From positions 186,001-250,000 of IMG/VR virus record IMGVR_UViG_3300032334_002567: a DNA stretch of 64,000 nt, one strand, 5' to 3'. Shown piece by piece: positions 27,732-37,595 of this stretch (within the stretch, counting starts at the first letter, position 1; the number at the start of each line of letters is the position of its first letter). Made by a program: the position numbers and the translations under genes. The notes below the pieces were generated by a model. That model did no database searches and was not told where the DNA came from. It saw nothing but the letters and a program-made list of their open reading frames with translations.

Positions 27732-29870
27732 ATGTCTGTTTTCGTTAATCGGTATCCTTCTACTTGTTCAAATAAGGCTTGTGGTCAAGCTTTTGGAATT
27801 GGGCAGGGATACGTTCAAAAGACTAATGGCTCTTACATTCCTTGGTGCAAAAACTGTGTGCCAGAAAAAATTGGGCCTTCTAAATCTACTGCATCTACCG
27901 CTAGAAGAGAACTCACAGAAGATTTCAAAATCTTTATGCCCTATGAGCCAGAAAATATTCTTTTAGTTAAGTCGCTTCCTAAAGCCAAATGGAATCCAAC
28001 CGATAAGTTTTGGAGCGTTAGTAGTGACTTAGCAGACAGAAGGCGTATTCTGGAGGTTGCTAACTTAATTGGTTTAGATGTTCCTTCGGGCTTGAAATTG
28101 CCAGAGGAAGAAAAGCCTAAGCTGGAATTCGATACCAGTGAACTGTACCCCTTTCAAATTGAAGGCTCGACGTTTTGTCTTCAAAAGGGCAAATGTCTCT
28201 TAGGAGATGAAATGGGCCTTGGAAAGAGTGTGCAAGCACTTATGGCTCTTTCCAATAATAGCCCCGCTATGATCATCTGTAGGGCTGGTCTAAAGTATAA
28301 TTGGCTTGATGAAATCAAGCGATGGAGGCCGGATTTAAAGCCCGTTGTTATTTCTGGTAAGGATAATTTTTGCTGGCCCGAAAATGGCGAGATTATCATT
28401 ATTAATCACGACATTCTTCCCAAAGAATTTCAGTGTCCTACAAAGATCAGGGGAGAGATTAAGGGTGCTTATATGGATCGTGTTAAAACCTTTAGGAAAG
28501 AACTAAAGGTAATGAATTCAAAGGCTTGTGAAGTCGAGCTTATTGTAGATGAAGCACACGATTTTAAGACTTATTCTTCCCAAAGAAGCAAAAAGGTCAA
28601 AGAAATTTGCCGTATGGTTAAAAAGGTTATCGGTTTAACTGGTTCACCTTTGACTAATCGTCCGTCCGACCTTTATGGTGTGTTTGACACTTTAGGATTG
28701 GCGGGGGAAACCTTTGGCACTTTTGATAGATTCAAGACTTTATTTAACGCCAGAGACGAAGTCGTTAACCGTCACGGCCAAACTGCCACTGTTTGGGGCT
28801 TGCCAAATCCTATTGTTCCCGAGCTTCTCAAGCGTGTAATGCTTAGAAGGCTTAGAAAAGATGTTTTGCCTGATCTTCCTTCTAAGACTTATACCAATCT
28901 TTTTGTTGATTTAGGCTCTAAGCTTAAAAAGCAAATGGATGGTTTGTGGGAAGATTGGAAAGACTTGATGGAGCAAAAAGGCGAACTTCCTCCTTTTACA
29001 TGTTTTAGTGCAATAAGGAAAGAAATAGCTACTAGTAGAGTTGATGCTATGCTTGAATATGTTGAGGATGCCGAAGACCAGCAAATTCCTTTGGTGGTCT
29101 TTAGTGCTCATCTTGCTCCTCTAGATGCATTGTTGACTAGACCGGGTTGGGCTGTAATTAGTGGAGATACTCCGCCCGAAGTTAGACAAGAAATTGTCAG
29201 AAGCTTTCAGAATAATAAACTCAAGGGTGTTGGAGTAAGCATCCGAGCCGGTGGCGTTGGTATTACCTTGACTAATGCTTGGAAGGTTCTTTTTGTTGAT
29301 TTAGATTGGACCCCTGCGGCTAATTGGCAGGCAGAGGATAGAGTAGCTCGTATTGGGCAAAAGTCTAACAAGGTGGAAATTGTTAGGATGGTAAGCAATC
29401 ACGTTCTTGATCTTCACGTTCATGAACTTCTTGCCCAAAAAATAAAGGTAATTCAGGATTCAATTGACGGTAATATTCAAGGCAAGAAAGTCATAAGCAA
29501 TGTTGAAACAGACGAACAGTTTGAAAACAGAATCAAGGCCGTTGTTGAAAAACAGCAACAGTTTGAAAAAAATCTTGCTAAAACAAAAGTGCAAGAAATC
29601 TATAAAAGAGAAAAAGAAAAGTCTTGTCCTGTTGTTCTTAATGAAAAAATTATAGAATCCACTAGAAAAGCATTTAATCATATGCTTTCTGTTTGTGACG
29701 GGGCAGTTTCTGAGGACGATATTGGTTTTAACAAGCCTGATTCTGCCATTGCACATTGGGTTCTTTCTGCCGGTTTGGAGACTGATGAAGAGTTACAAAC
29801 CGCTCATTTCATTCTGAGTCGTTACAAAAGGCAGCTTAAAACCAAGTTTCCGGCCTTATTCCGAAGTTAA
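27732..29870 (+). CDS. SNF2/SMARCAL1(HARP)-like helicase
   Basis: LYPFQ, DEMGLGKS, DEAH, LTGSP, GVGITLT, QAEDRVARIGQ. Confidence 0.93.
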   Translation: MSVFVNRYPSTCSNKACGQAFGIGQGYVQKTNGSYIPWCKNCVPEKIGPSKSTASTARRELTEDFKIFMPYEPENILLVKSLPKAKWNPTDKFWSVSSDLADRRRILEVANLIGLDVPSGLKLPEEEKPKLEFDTSELYPFQIEGSTFCLQKGKCLLGDEMGLGKSVQALMALSNNSPAMIICRAGLKYNWLDEIKRWRPDLKPVVISGKDNFCWPENGEIIIINHDILPKEFQCPTKIRGEIKGAYMDRVKTFRKELKVMNSKACEVELIVDEAHDFKTYSSQRSKKVKEICRMVKKVIGLTGSPLTNRPSDLYGVFDTLGLAGETFGTFDRFKTLFNARDEVVNRHGQTATVWGLPNPIVPELLKRVMLRRLRKDVLPDLPSKTYTNLFVDLGSKLKKQMDGLWEDWKDLMEQKGELPPFTCFSAIRKEIATSRVDAMLEYVEDAEDQQIPLVVFSAHLAPLDALLTRPGWAVISGDTPPEVRQEIVRSFQNNKLKGVGVSIRAGGVGITLTNAWKVLFVDLDWTPAANWQAEDRVARIGQKSNKVEIVRMVSNHVLDLHVHELLAQKIKVIQDSIDGNIQGKKVISNVETDEQFENRIKAVVEKQQQFEKNLAKTKVQEIYKREKEKSCPVVLNEKIIESTRKAFNHMLSVCDGAVSEDDIGFNKPDSAIAHWVLSAGLETDEELQTAHFILSRYKRQLKTKFPALFRS

Positions 29871-29895
29871 ACCCGCTGATTTAAGCCATTTCCTG

Positions 29896-29923
29896 TTTAC
29901 AAGCTACTCTTTCAAGCTATAAT
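29896..29923 (+). promoter_or_regulatory. Sigma-70-like promoter TTTACA-N16-TATAAT
   Basis: Intergenic, near-consensus hexamers. Confidence 0.7.
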
Positions 29924-29957
29924 GTTAAGTGTCAGCTTTGTAGCTTTTGGAGGAATT

Positions 29958-30272
29958 ATGGCTGCTATTTCAAATTTAGAAAATGGGTTTGTTTCGATGA
30001 TTTCTGCAACAAAATATCTCACGCAGGAACAACTGAAGAAGGCAAAAAATGTATTGCTTTTAGATAAGAAGTTTAATGAAACTCCATATAGCTTTGCCTA
30101 TTTATGGCGCATGTTCAATCAAGACCCGCCTGAGCCTCCTTATGACTATTACTTTGAATCTCAAGATGAGGCTGTTGATTTTGCTGAACGGGCAATGGAA
30201 AAGTACAACATTACTTGTGAAATTGATCCGGTTGAATCAAGGAAGTGGAAGCTAGTTAGCAAGCAATATTAA
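29958..30272 (+). CDS. Hypothetical protein
   Basis: GGAGG RBS before MAAISN. Confidence 0.65.
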   Translation: MAAISNLENGFVSMISATKYLTQEQLKKAKNVLLLDKKFNETPYSFAYLWRMFNQDPPEPPYDYYFESQDEAVDFAERAMEKYNITCEIDPVESRKWKLVSKQY

Positions 30273-30281
30273 GGTGCAACA

Positions 30282-30812
30282 ATGACAATTACTCGGAATA
30301 AGCATTTCTCAGAAAGAAGAGTTGAATTTGCTTTGCTGACTCGGCAAGGTTGGAGTATGTCGAAAATAGCTAAAAAGTACAATATTTCACGGCAAGCAGT
30401 ATCTTTGTCTTTGAAAAAAGCGGCTATTGAAGGTGAAGTGGTCTACAAGTGTAAAGCATGTAAAAACGATGCAACAAACTATATTATTGTTAGAAGAAAG
30501 AAACCTTCTGCTTGTTGTGAATGCGGCAAAGAGTTTTTTGTAGCCAACAAAAAGACTAAGACTTGTAGTCCTGAATGTCTTAAAAAGCTTAGAGAAAAAA
30601 CTCTTTATGGCGGTGAGTGGAGTAGAGCAGAATTCATTGAATTGGACTGCAAAGGCTGCGGGCAGAGTTTTAAAAGGTCGAAATACATTTTTAGTGTAAC
30701 CTCTAAATGTAAAAAGAATAAAGATCATAATTACTGTAGCAGAAAATGCTACCACCATTCTAAGAGATGGCCAAATAAATTGCCAGAATTAATTCTATAT
30801 GGAAAATATTGA
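30282..30812 (+). CDS. HTH plus multiple Cys zinc-ribbon protein
   Basis: SMSKIAKKYNISRQAV; CCECGKEF, CSPEC, CKGC, CSRKC. Confidence 0.7.
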   Translation: MTITRNKHFSERRVEFALLTRQGWSMSKIAKKYNISRQAVSLSLKKAAIEGEVVYKCKACKNDATNYIIVRRKKPSACCECGKEFFVANKKTKTCSPECLKKLREKTLYGGEWSRAEFIELDCKGCGQSFKRSKYIFSVTSKCKKNKDHNYCSRKCYHHSKRWPNKLPELILYGKY

Positions 30813-31230
30813 TTATTACCAAAAGATGGGTATAAACTCTGTTAAACCTTTTAAAAAGAATGACAGATGGGTTTTTAAAGCGGACAATGGAATGGTTTAT
30901 GACATGGCTCCCGCACAAGCAACAGAAGCAATTCTAGACCCACTAGTAATAGGTGCAGATCGACTAATTGCTGTGGGTTGCAAACTAAAAGGAATCAGGA
31001 ACCCAGAGAATGGGTTTTTGCTGTTGTTTTCTAAAGACTATTTCCCAAATGCTGATGTAAAGTTTACTCTCTCCGAACCAAAGTTTACAGGTTGGGTCTA
31101 TACGGTAGAAGAGCTTAATTTAAAAGGAATTCCCGTTGGCCAAGCAGCATGGGTATGTCCGTACATTACTCAATTTTATTCACAACCACCACAACATGTA
31201 TACCTCAGAATTGAAGAGCTAGAATCATGA
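30799..31230 (+). CDS. Conserved hypothetical protein
   Basis: GAD, GWVY and WVCP motifs. Confidence 0.6.
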   Translation: MENIDYYQKMGINSVKPFKKNDRWVFKADNGMVYDMAPAQATEAILDPLVIGADRLIAVGCKLKGIRNPENGFLLLFSKDYFPNADVKFTLSEPKFTGWVYTVEELNLKGIPVGQAAWVCPYITQFYSQPPQHVYLRIEELES

Positions 31231-32082
31231 AGTTTCAAATTACGGTAGAAATCTTTAATGAAAAAAAGAACAGAAATGTGACAACTAAAGATTTAAAGCC
31301 TTTTGGCACAATTTCTTTCGTTAAAGGACTAACTAAAGCATTAAAGAAATCAATTAAGGCAAGTTGTTGGCCTTTTGATGCCAAAATTCATGTAAGCGTA
31401 TTAGATAAGCCAAAGCAAAAACAATCATGAAACAAGACAAATACATCACAGATTTTTTAATGTGCTTTTTTATGTTGATATTAGGCATATTGAGATTTTT
31501 GGATGACGATGTTATTGGCCTTACTGTATTTGTTTCATTGGCTTCTTTATTCTTTTTTTCTTCTTATTCATCTTGGTACACAGAAGAGTACGGTTCTCAG
31601 TCCAAAAAGGTGCAAGAGAACAGGACAAAAATTTTTAAATCGCTTTCAACTCCTAGAATAGAAACAAAAATAGAGAGCAACTCCAATATCACTACTTTAA
31701 TTGTCCCCTCTTTAGAGTTCTATAAGGAACAACAGAACAAGCAAAATAAGCTAAAATGATGATTTTTCTTATAGAAGATGAAGGTTTTACTGGAAAGTAC
31801 ATTCTTTTAAAAGAAGAAGGTGATCTTTGTGTTGTTCAAGAACTGAAATTAAGCGGCCAATGTGGAGAGCCTTTCCAGATAAGCAGGTCTCTTTTGGTAG
31901 AGCATAAAGCTTCTTTGCCGTGGCTAGCAGCTTTATCCGTATGGAAACTCACTAATAGTTCAACAAACCAAGAAGAAAAGTACAAAGACAAAGTTGTTAG
32001 TTTATTGGCACAAAAGTATAAAATGTCTTTTGAAGAAATGAATGAACTAATTGATGAGCTAAGAGAAGTAGACATTATCTGA
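31227..32082 (+). CDS. Three small coupled hypothetical genes (31227-31430, 31427-31759 membrane, 31756-32082)
   Basis: Overlapping start/stop codons. Confidence 0.6.
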
Positions 32083-33086
32083 TGATAGATTCTCTGAACA
32101 ATTATTGCGAGATGGGCCTACTTCACAAACAAGCCCATCCAACACTGCCTCTTTTTATTTGGAACTATACGCCAAAAGTTCAATATGAGAGGCTTTGGGA
32201 TTCGATAACTTTAAGTTGTCGAGGTCTAGTTACAGATCATCAAGGCAACGTTGTTGCAAAAAGCTTTGATAAGTTTTTTAACTTAGAAGAGCTTTCTTCT
32301 TTTGAAATTCCTGTGGAGCCTTTTGAGGTCTATGAAAAATTAGATGGTTCTTTGATTATTGTTTTTTGGTATCTAGGGCAGATCGTTGTTGCTTCAAGAG
32401 GCTCTTTTGATAGCGATCATGCCTTAGAAGCAAAAAGCATACTTGATGCATATGATCTTGATAAACTCGATAAATCCAAGATTTATTGTGGAGAACTAAT
32501 TGTACCTTGGAACAGAATTGTAGTCGGCTATGGAAACAAAAGATCTGTTGTTTTTCTAGCAAAGTTTGATACTGCTGGCAATGAATATCCAATAGACGAT
32601 TACAAGCAATATGGTTTTGAAGTAGTTAAAAAATTAGATCTATCAAACTTAGATCTATCTAAATTAAAACAACAAATAAGAGATGATGAAGAAGGCTATG
32701 TTATCAAGTTTAAGTCAGGTAAAAGATTAAAAATAAAAGGACAAGAATATATCAGATTACATAAGATAGTAACAGGAATTTCTAGTGTAGTTATATGGGA
32801 AAACATGATGAGTAATATCCCTATTGATGCTATTCTGGAAGAACTTCCAGATGAATTTTATAACTGGGCAAAAGACGTTCAAAGAAATCTTCAAGACAGA
32901 TACAACTTGATTCTTGAAGAGTCAACTAAAGTTTATCGTGAGTTCGAAACTAGAAAAGAGACTGCTCTTTATTTTCTTGAACAAAAATACCCTCAAGTTC
33001 TTTTTTCTATTCTAAATAAAAAAGACCCTAGCAAGTTAATATGGAAGTTAATTAGACCTGAGTACAAGACACCCTTTGGTGAATAA
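32082..33086 (+). CDS. T4 Rnl1-like RNA ligase
   Basis: CRGLV, KFFNL, YEKLDGS (motif I), SRGSF, EGYVI, LKIK. Confidence 0.88.
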   Translation: MIDSLNNYCEMGLLHKQAHPTLPLFIWNYTPKVQYERLWDSITLSCRGLVTDHQGNVVAKSFDKFFNLEELSSFEIPVEPFEVYEKLDGSLIIVFWYLGQIVVASRGSFDSDHALEAKSILDAYDLDKLDKSKIYCGELIVPWNRIVVGYGNKRSVVFLAKFDTAGNEYPIDDYKQYGFEVVKKLDLSNLDLSKLKQQIRDDEEGYVIKFKSGKRLKIKGQEYIRLHKIVTGISSVVIWENMMSNIPIDAILEELPDEFYNWAKDVQRNLQDRYNLILEESTKVYREFETRKETALYFLEQKYPQVLFSILNKKDPSKLIWKLIRPEYKTPFGE

Positions 33087-33087
33087 A

Positions 33088-33261
33088 TTAGCTCTTTTTT
33101 CCGTCTTTTTTCTTCCACTCTTCTAGCTTATTTTTCGTAAAAAAAGCTGCGATTCCACTAATTATTCCGCCAATTATGCTCTGTGCTACCAATAAAATAA
33201 TTGTACACAAAGAAAAAGAGGTGATAATAGCAGTACCTATAAAAGACTTCTTTTTCTTCAT
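33088..33261 (-). CDS. Small membrane protein
   Basis: MKKKKSFIGTAII...; divergent from 33275 across a 13-bp gap. Confidence 0.5.
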   Translation of the reverse strand: MKKKKSFIGTAIITSFSLCTIILLVAQSIIGGIISGIAAFFTKNKLEEWKKKDGKKS

Positions 33262-33265
33262 GCTG

Positions 33266-33271
33266 TATATA
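33266..33271. promoter_or_regulatory. Palindromic TATATA putative late promoter between divergent ATGs
   Basis: Central motif of the 13-bp gap; same element precedes many other genes. Confidence 0.5.
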
Positions 33272-33274
33272 GCC

Positions 33275-33916
33275 ATGCTAAAAATAAAATATAATATAAA
33301 AGAAATAGCTTCTAACGTGTTCGCAATAATTATAAAAGATGAGTACACTAGAGGTATGCTCTTTTGTAAAATTCAAGAATATTACGAATGCAGCAATGAA
33401 AAGTTTAAGAATAAAAAGTTTTCTATATGGGAATATCAATATTGGTATTCCCACAAGCATAAAGGTTGCTTTTCATACCCAGCAGATTACGAAGGGTTTA
33501 ACATTCCTTTAGAAGTCGCCTTAAGATGTAGGAACACATGGAGCATAGAAACTCCCTATGATGAAGAGATGGATAAAATACTCTCAAAAATCAACGGAGG
33601 GCCTAAGGCTTATATTATAGGCGTTAAGAGTTTAAAGGGAATGATATTTAAGCACGAAATGTGTCACGCCCTTTATTATACAAATAAAAGTTACAAAGAG
33701 GACATGGATCAAATAACAAATTCTTTAAGCAAAAATAAGTATAAAAAATTTGTTAAGAATCTTAAGAAATTGGGGTACCATAATAGCGTAATGAAAGACG
33801 AGATACAGGCTTACATGTCCACAGATACAGACTACAGGGTTCTAAAAGGAATTTCTCAAAAAAAGATAATACATAAAGAGTATAAATCTATTTTCAAAGA
33901 ATACTATAAAAAATGA
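33275..33916 (+). CDS. HExxH zinc-metallopeptidase-like phage protein
   Basis: FKHEMCHALYY...DEIQAY. Confidence 0.6.
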   Translation: MLKIKYNIKEIASNVFAIIIKDEYTRGMLFCKIQEYYECSNEKFKNKKFSIWEYQYWYSHKHKGCFSYPADYEGFNIPLEVALRCRNTWSIETPYDEEMDKILSKINGGPKAYIIGVKSLKGMIFKHEMCHALYYTNKSYKEDMDQITNSLSKNKYKKFVKNLKKLGYHNSVMKDEIQAYMSTDTDYRVLKGISQKKIIHKEYKSIFKEYYKK

Positions 33917-34557
33917 ATATAAATATAAATCCATTTTATTGTTATGTAAAAAAAGAACACTTGTTTGGATATGATGAAAAAAGTGAAGGCTTTGAGAGTG
34001 TTCTTGTATTTGCTGCAAGAAGCGTACCAGCTAGAGCCCTTCTTTTTCACATAATGACAGAGGGTGGTGCACAAAGAGCTAATGTTCCAATATCAGCCTT
34101 AGTTCATAAAAAGGATGCAGTAAGTATACCACTAGATTATCTACAGCTATGGGATTGTTTTGGAAAAGAAATTAATGTTGTTGTTTTTGACTACTTAGTT
34201 AACAAAAGGTGTCAGGTTGTATTAAAGGACAAAACAGTTAATTGGGGAACCTATATGATGACATTTGACTGGGCGAACAACACGTACTCAGACACACCAC
34301 AAGACTATAAGAATGCACATCTAATAAAGCTTGATAATGGTTGTTTCGCTCTTCAGCCAAATAATAGAATATTTTGGAGGGATTCTAATTTTATTACTAA
34401 ACCCATAAATATTGGCGACGTACCTAAATATAAAGTGGATAATAAGATCTTCGTTTGCGAGGTATCAGATCGCTGGACTTCCCAAGATACGGATTGTTTT
34501 TATTACGATGTTATGGAAGAAAATGAACTTCAAAAAGTGGATGACAGAACAACCTGA
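33913..34557 (+). CDS. Conserved phage hypothetical protein
   Basis: LQLWDCF, YMMTFDW, LDNGCFALQPNNRI. Confidence 0.7.
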   Translation: MNININPFYCYVKKEHLFGYDEKSEGFESVLVFAARSVPARALLFHIMTEGGAQRANVPISALVHKKDAVSIPLDYLQLWDCFGKEINVVVFDYLVNKRCQVVLKDKTVNWGTYMMTFDWANNTYSDTPQDYKNAHLIKLDNGCFALQPNNRIFWRDSNFITKPINIGDVPKYKVDNKIFVCEVSDRWTSQDTDCFYYDVMEENELQKVDDRTT

Positions 34558-34879
34558 AGCAGACTATATTGGGAAAGTAGCAATATTTTATATTCCCGAG
34601 AATAAGTTAACAAAATCTGTTAGAAAAGAACTTCATGATTTTTTTGTTAAAAACTATAACGCATATACACACGAAGTAAGTAAGATACAAGGTTATTGGG
34701 TCAAGCAAAACAAACTAATTAAAGACAAACACGAAAGATATGAAGTTGCTTTTGACGGAGAGCAAAATCTTAAGAAATTTGTCGGTTTTTTGTCTAAATT
34801 GTGCGATACCATAGAGGAAGATTCTATTTATTTAATTGTTGGTGATGAGTCTTATCTGGTAAGACCTAAGAAAAATTAA
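34523..34879 (+). CDS. Hypothetical protein with leader MNFKKWMTE
   Basis: Start re-set to 34523. Confidence 0.6.
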   Translation: MNFKKWMTEQPEADYIGKVAIFYIPENKLTKSVRKELHDFFVKNYNAYTHEVSKIQGYWVKQNKLIKDKHERYEVAFDGEQNLKKFVGFLSKLCDTIEEDSIYLIVGDESYLVRPKKN

Positions 34880-34896
34880 ATTTAAACTATATTAGA

Positions 34897-35184
34897 ATGG
34901 AGGATAAAATGGCAATATTCCAGAAAATTAAAGATTGGTTTGAGAAGGTCTGTTACCCATGTTGTGAAGGCAATGAGTGCAAATGTAATACCGCACAAAA
35001 TTCTTTACCAGCACCAGAAGTTGTAGCAGATAATGTGGTTGATACCGTAGAAGAAACGCCAACACAAGCTGTGGAAGCACCAATTAAATTAGAACCTGTT
35101 AAAAATCCAAAGAAGGCTGCCGGTGCCCATAAAAAGAAACATGCCAAAAAGCCTCCAAAGCCCTCAAAGAGAAAAAAGAAGTAA
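34897..35184 (+). CDS. Hypothetical protein with basic C-terminal tail
   Basis: GGAGG RBS. Confidence 0.6.
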   Translation: MEDKMAIFQKIKDWFEKVCYPCCEGNECKCNTAQNSLPAPEVVADNVVDTVEETPTQAVEAPIKLEPVKNPKKAAGAHKKKHAKKPPKPSKRKKK

Positions 35185-35185
35185 T

Positions 35186-35443
35186 TTACTTATTTTCTTG
35201 TCTTTTGATTCTTTCGTGGTGTTGGTAAGTCATTTGACCATGATCTACTTCATCCTCATCGGCTTTTGGACCCAGCTTTTGTAAAGCATCTGCCGCAATT
35301 GGTGTAAAGTACCCAGCGGAGTAATGGCTCCTCATATACCCATCAGGATAGGCCCAGTGAGATATGCCTGCTCGTGCGGCTTTTTCAGATATTACTGGTA
35401 GCTCTTTTTTATTATCTGTGCAAAATTCTATAAATGTTTTCAA
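35186..35443 (-). CDS. Small protein with leader MKTFIEF
   Basis: AAGGA RBS; TAAATA upstream. Confidence 0.65.
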   Translation of the reverse strand: MKTFIEFCTDNKKELPVISEKAARAGISHWAYPDGYMRSHYSAGYFTPIAADALQKLGPKADEDEVDHGQMTYQHHERIKRQENK

Positions 35444-35493
35444 TTTTCTTCCTTTAAATGCTTTTTTTGTACTAGTTTAAAGCATACTTATTT

Positions 35494-35812
35494 ATGGAGC
35501 TAACAATGAATTTTAAAGATGTTATATTTTCGGACAATACCGCAGTGCCTCAAAGTCTGACAGTAACGAATGTTTCAGCATTTAATGTCTCTGATGAACT
35601 TAATATGTGCTCAATTTTGGATGTGATAAATAAAAAATTTGTTGATGGAACATACTTAGAAATAGTCTCTATGAATTCTTAGGAGGTCTATGCAGTGTTT
35701 TTTTCAAGTTTGCTTGTGTGTAATTGCTGCTTCTTTTTCTCTAGTTGTATTCTCCGCCTCTGTTGGCTTCGCAACCGCAGTTTATCGTTTTATTTTTAAA
35801 ATAGAAGAATAG
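35494..35812 (+). CDS. Two small ORFs (35494-35682; 35690-35812, hydrophobic 40 aa)
   Basis: AGGAGG RBS before the second; manual translation. Confidence 0.45.
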
Positions 35813-35813
35813 A

Positions 35814-36431
35814 ATGAACTTTTTTGAAATATTTGATAAAGCTTATTGTATCAATTTGGACAAAAGAAAAGATAGACTACTCAATTTCGAACTACAGGTT
35901 AAAAAGTATAATTTGGGGCCATATGCGAGGTTTAGAGCCTTTGATGGCTTTAAGATGCCCACAAACCTTGATAAAGGAAATGCAGGCCTAATTAAGTCCG
36001 TAATCGCTGTATTAAAAGAATGTTTAGATGAAGGTACCAGCAAGGTACTTATTTTAGAAGATGATTGTGAGTTTAAAGAAGATATTATAAATATATACGA
36101 ATATTTTAAATATGTACCCTCTGATTGGGACATGGTCTATTTTGGTGGAAATCACAATATCCATATTGGAAAGGAACCACCAAAAAGAATAAACGAAAAA
36201 ATAGCTAAACTACATTACACTTTCACTACTCATTGTATTGCAATAAAAAGGCATATGTTTGAGCCTATAATTCAAAAAATAGGTAATTATGAATCGCCAA
36301 TTGATGTTGCTTACCAACAGTTTCAACAAACACACAACGTATATGGATTTTATCCTTCTCTTGTAAAACAAGCCTCTGGATTTAGTGACATAAGGGGCCA
36401 GCATGTTGACTATGACTGGTTGATTACGTAA
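35814..36431 (+). CDS. Glycosyltransferase family 25-like
   Basis: CINLDKRKDR, LILEDD, DWDMVYFG. Confidence 0.85.
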   Translation: MNFFEIFDKAYCINLDKRKDRLLNFELQVKKYNLGPYARFRAFDGFKMPTNLDKGNAGLIKSVIAVLKECLDEGTSKVLILEDDCEFKEDIINIYEYFKYVPSDWDMVYFGGNHNIHIGKEPPKRINEKIAKLHYTFTTHCIAIKRHMFEPIIQKIGNYESPIDVAYQQFQQTHNVYGFYPSLVKQASGFSDIRGQHVDYDWLIT

Positions 36432-36911
36432 TTAGTCTGAAAAGACGGCACACCAATAAAGCCTGCCCTCTTTGTCTTCTTCTACACCGAATCCAACCCT
36501 CTTATAGCTTGTCCCTAGTATATTCCATCTATGCATTGGAGACCACATCCAAGCTTCAACAACCAACTTTTCTGTTTCTTGTCCCCAAGCAATGTTCTCT
36601 CCAACTAAACTCGAATCTTCATTAACCTTAATAAGGTCTGACATGCTTGAATGATACAAAGAATTCTTTTTAACCATTTTTTGTGCGTGTTTTTGTGCAT
36701 ATTCGCACAGTTTTTTGTCAAGTGTTAATGGTTTTAGTTTTCTAGAGGTTCTTTCTCGGTTATGAGCAACCAGAAGTTTTTCTTTTGTGCTAATAATTGG
36801 AGCACTGATTTCATCTGGTATCTGGGGCGTAGATTTTTGGGGCACTTCTTTTTTTTGGGAGCTGCATCCAATTAGAACAAAAAATGCGATTAAAATAATG
36901 ATTGTTTTCAT
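36432..36911 (-). CDS. CAP/SCP-domain lipoprotein
   Basis: Lipobox LIGC; HNRER, GENIA, WMWSPMHRWNIL. Confidence 0.88.
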   Translation of the reverse strand: MKTIIILIAFFVLIGCSSQKKEVPQKSTPQIPDEISAPIISTKEKLLVAHNRERTSRKLKPLTLDKKLCEYAQKHAQKMVKKNSLYHSSMSDLIKVNEDSSLVGENIAWGQETEKLVVEAWMWSPMHRWNILGTSYKRVGFGVEEDKEGRLYWCAVFSD

Positions 36912-36945
36912 ATTGTATTTATTAATGTGCTAAATATATATATTT

Positions 36946-37107
36946 ATGAAAACTTTTAATCAGTGGCTTCAAGAAATGGTGGGGTCAAATTCGATAACGA
37001 CTTGCAAGGACAGAAAAAATCCAAATTTTCAAATTTGGGGAGCTATGTCTGACTTGGGCTGCAAGCCGGAAAAGAAAATTCCAACAATGAAATTCAATAA
37101 AAAATGA
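36946..37107 (+). CDS. Small protein with leader MKTFNQWLQE (53 aa; missing from the ORF track)
   Basis: Manual translation; TATATATAT just upstream; ATGA overlap with the PLA2 gene. Confidence 0.65.
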   Translation: MKTFNQWLQEMVGSNSITTCKDRKNPNFQIWGAMSDLGCKPEKKIPTMKFNKK

Positions 37108-37595
37108 AACTAAAATTTACAGAGTGGCTAAAATTAGAAGAAATCGATACTCGTAATCTTAAAGATTACATGAAGACTAAGTTTGATCTAAACATAGACG
37201 AATTACCTCTTAACCCTATGGACTACGCTAGTAGAGCTGAAACGGAACCAGAGGGTCAAGGATTAGACACTCAAGCACCTTGGTACAGATACGGAAACTA
37301 TTGCGGACCAGGACCGGCATTAGCTAGTTCATGTAATAAACTTGCAACAGGAGATAAGCTTCCTCCTGCGAAGAACAGTGTTGACAGTCAATGTAAGAAT
37401 CATGATGTTGATTACTGTAAATGTGGAGTAGATTGGAAGGCTGGATTGCCGGGTGGTGGCACACCTTGTTCAAAAGAAGCCGATAAAGATTTTGTTTCAG
37501 GCCTTCAAAGATTAAGAAAAAAGATAAATCCAGAAGAAAGAAGGATAGCGGATATTATTAGGACTTATTTTACTTGGAAGAAAATATTCGGTTAG
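37104..37595 (+). CDS. Phospholipase A2-like protein with head-targeting-like leader
   Basis: YGNYCGPG Ca2+ loop; DSQCKNHDVDY catalytic His-Asp; downstream ADKDF. Confidence 0.8.
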   Translation: MKLKFTEWLKLEEIDTRNLKDYMKTKFDLNIDELPLNPMDYASRAETEPEGQGLDTQAPWYRYGNYCGPGPALASSCNKLATGDKLPPAKNSVDSQCKNHDVDYCKCGVDWKAGLPGGGTPCSKEADKDFVSGLQRLRKKINPEERRIADIIRTYFTWKKIFG

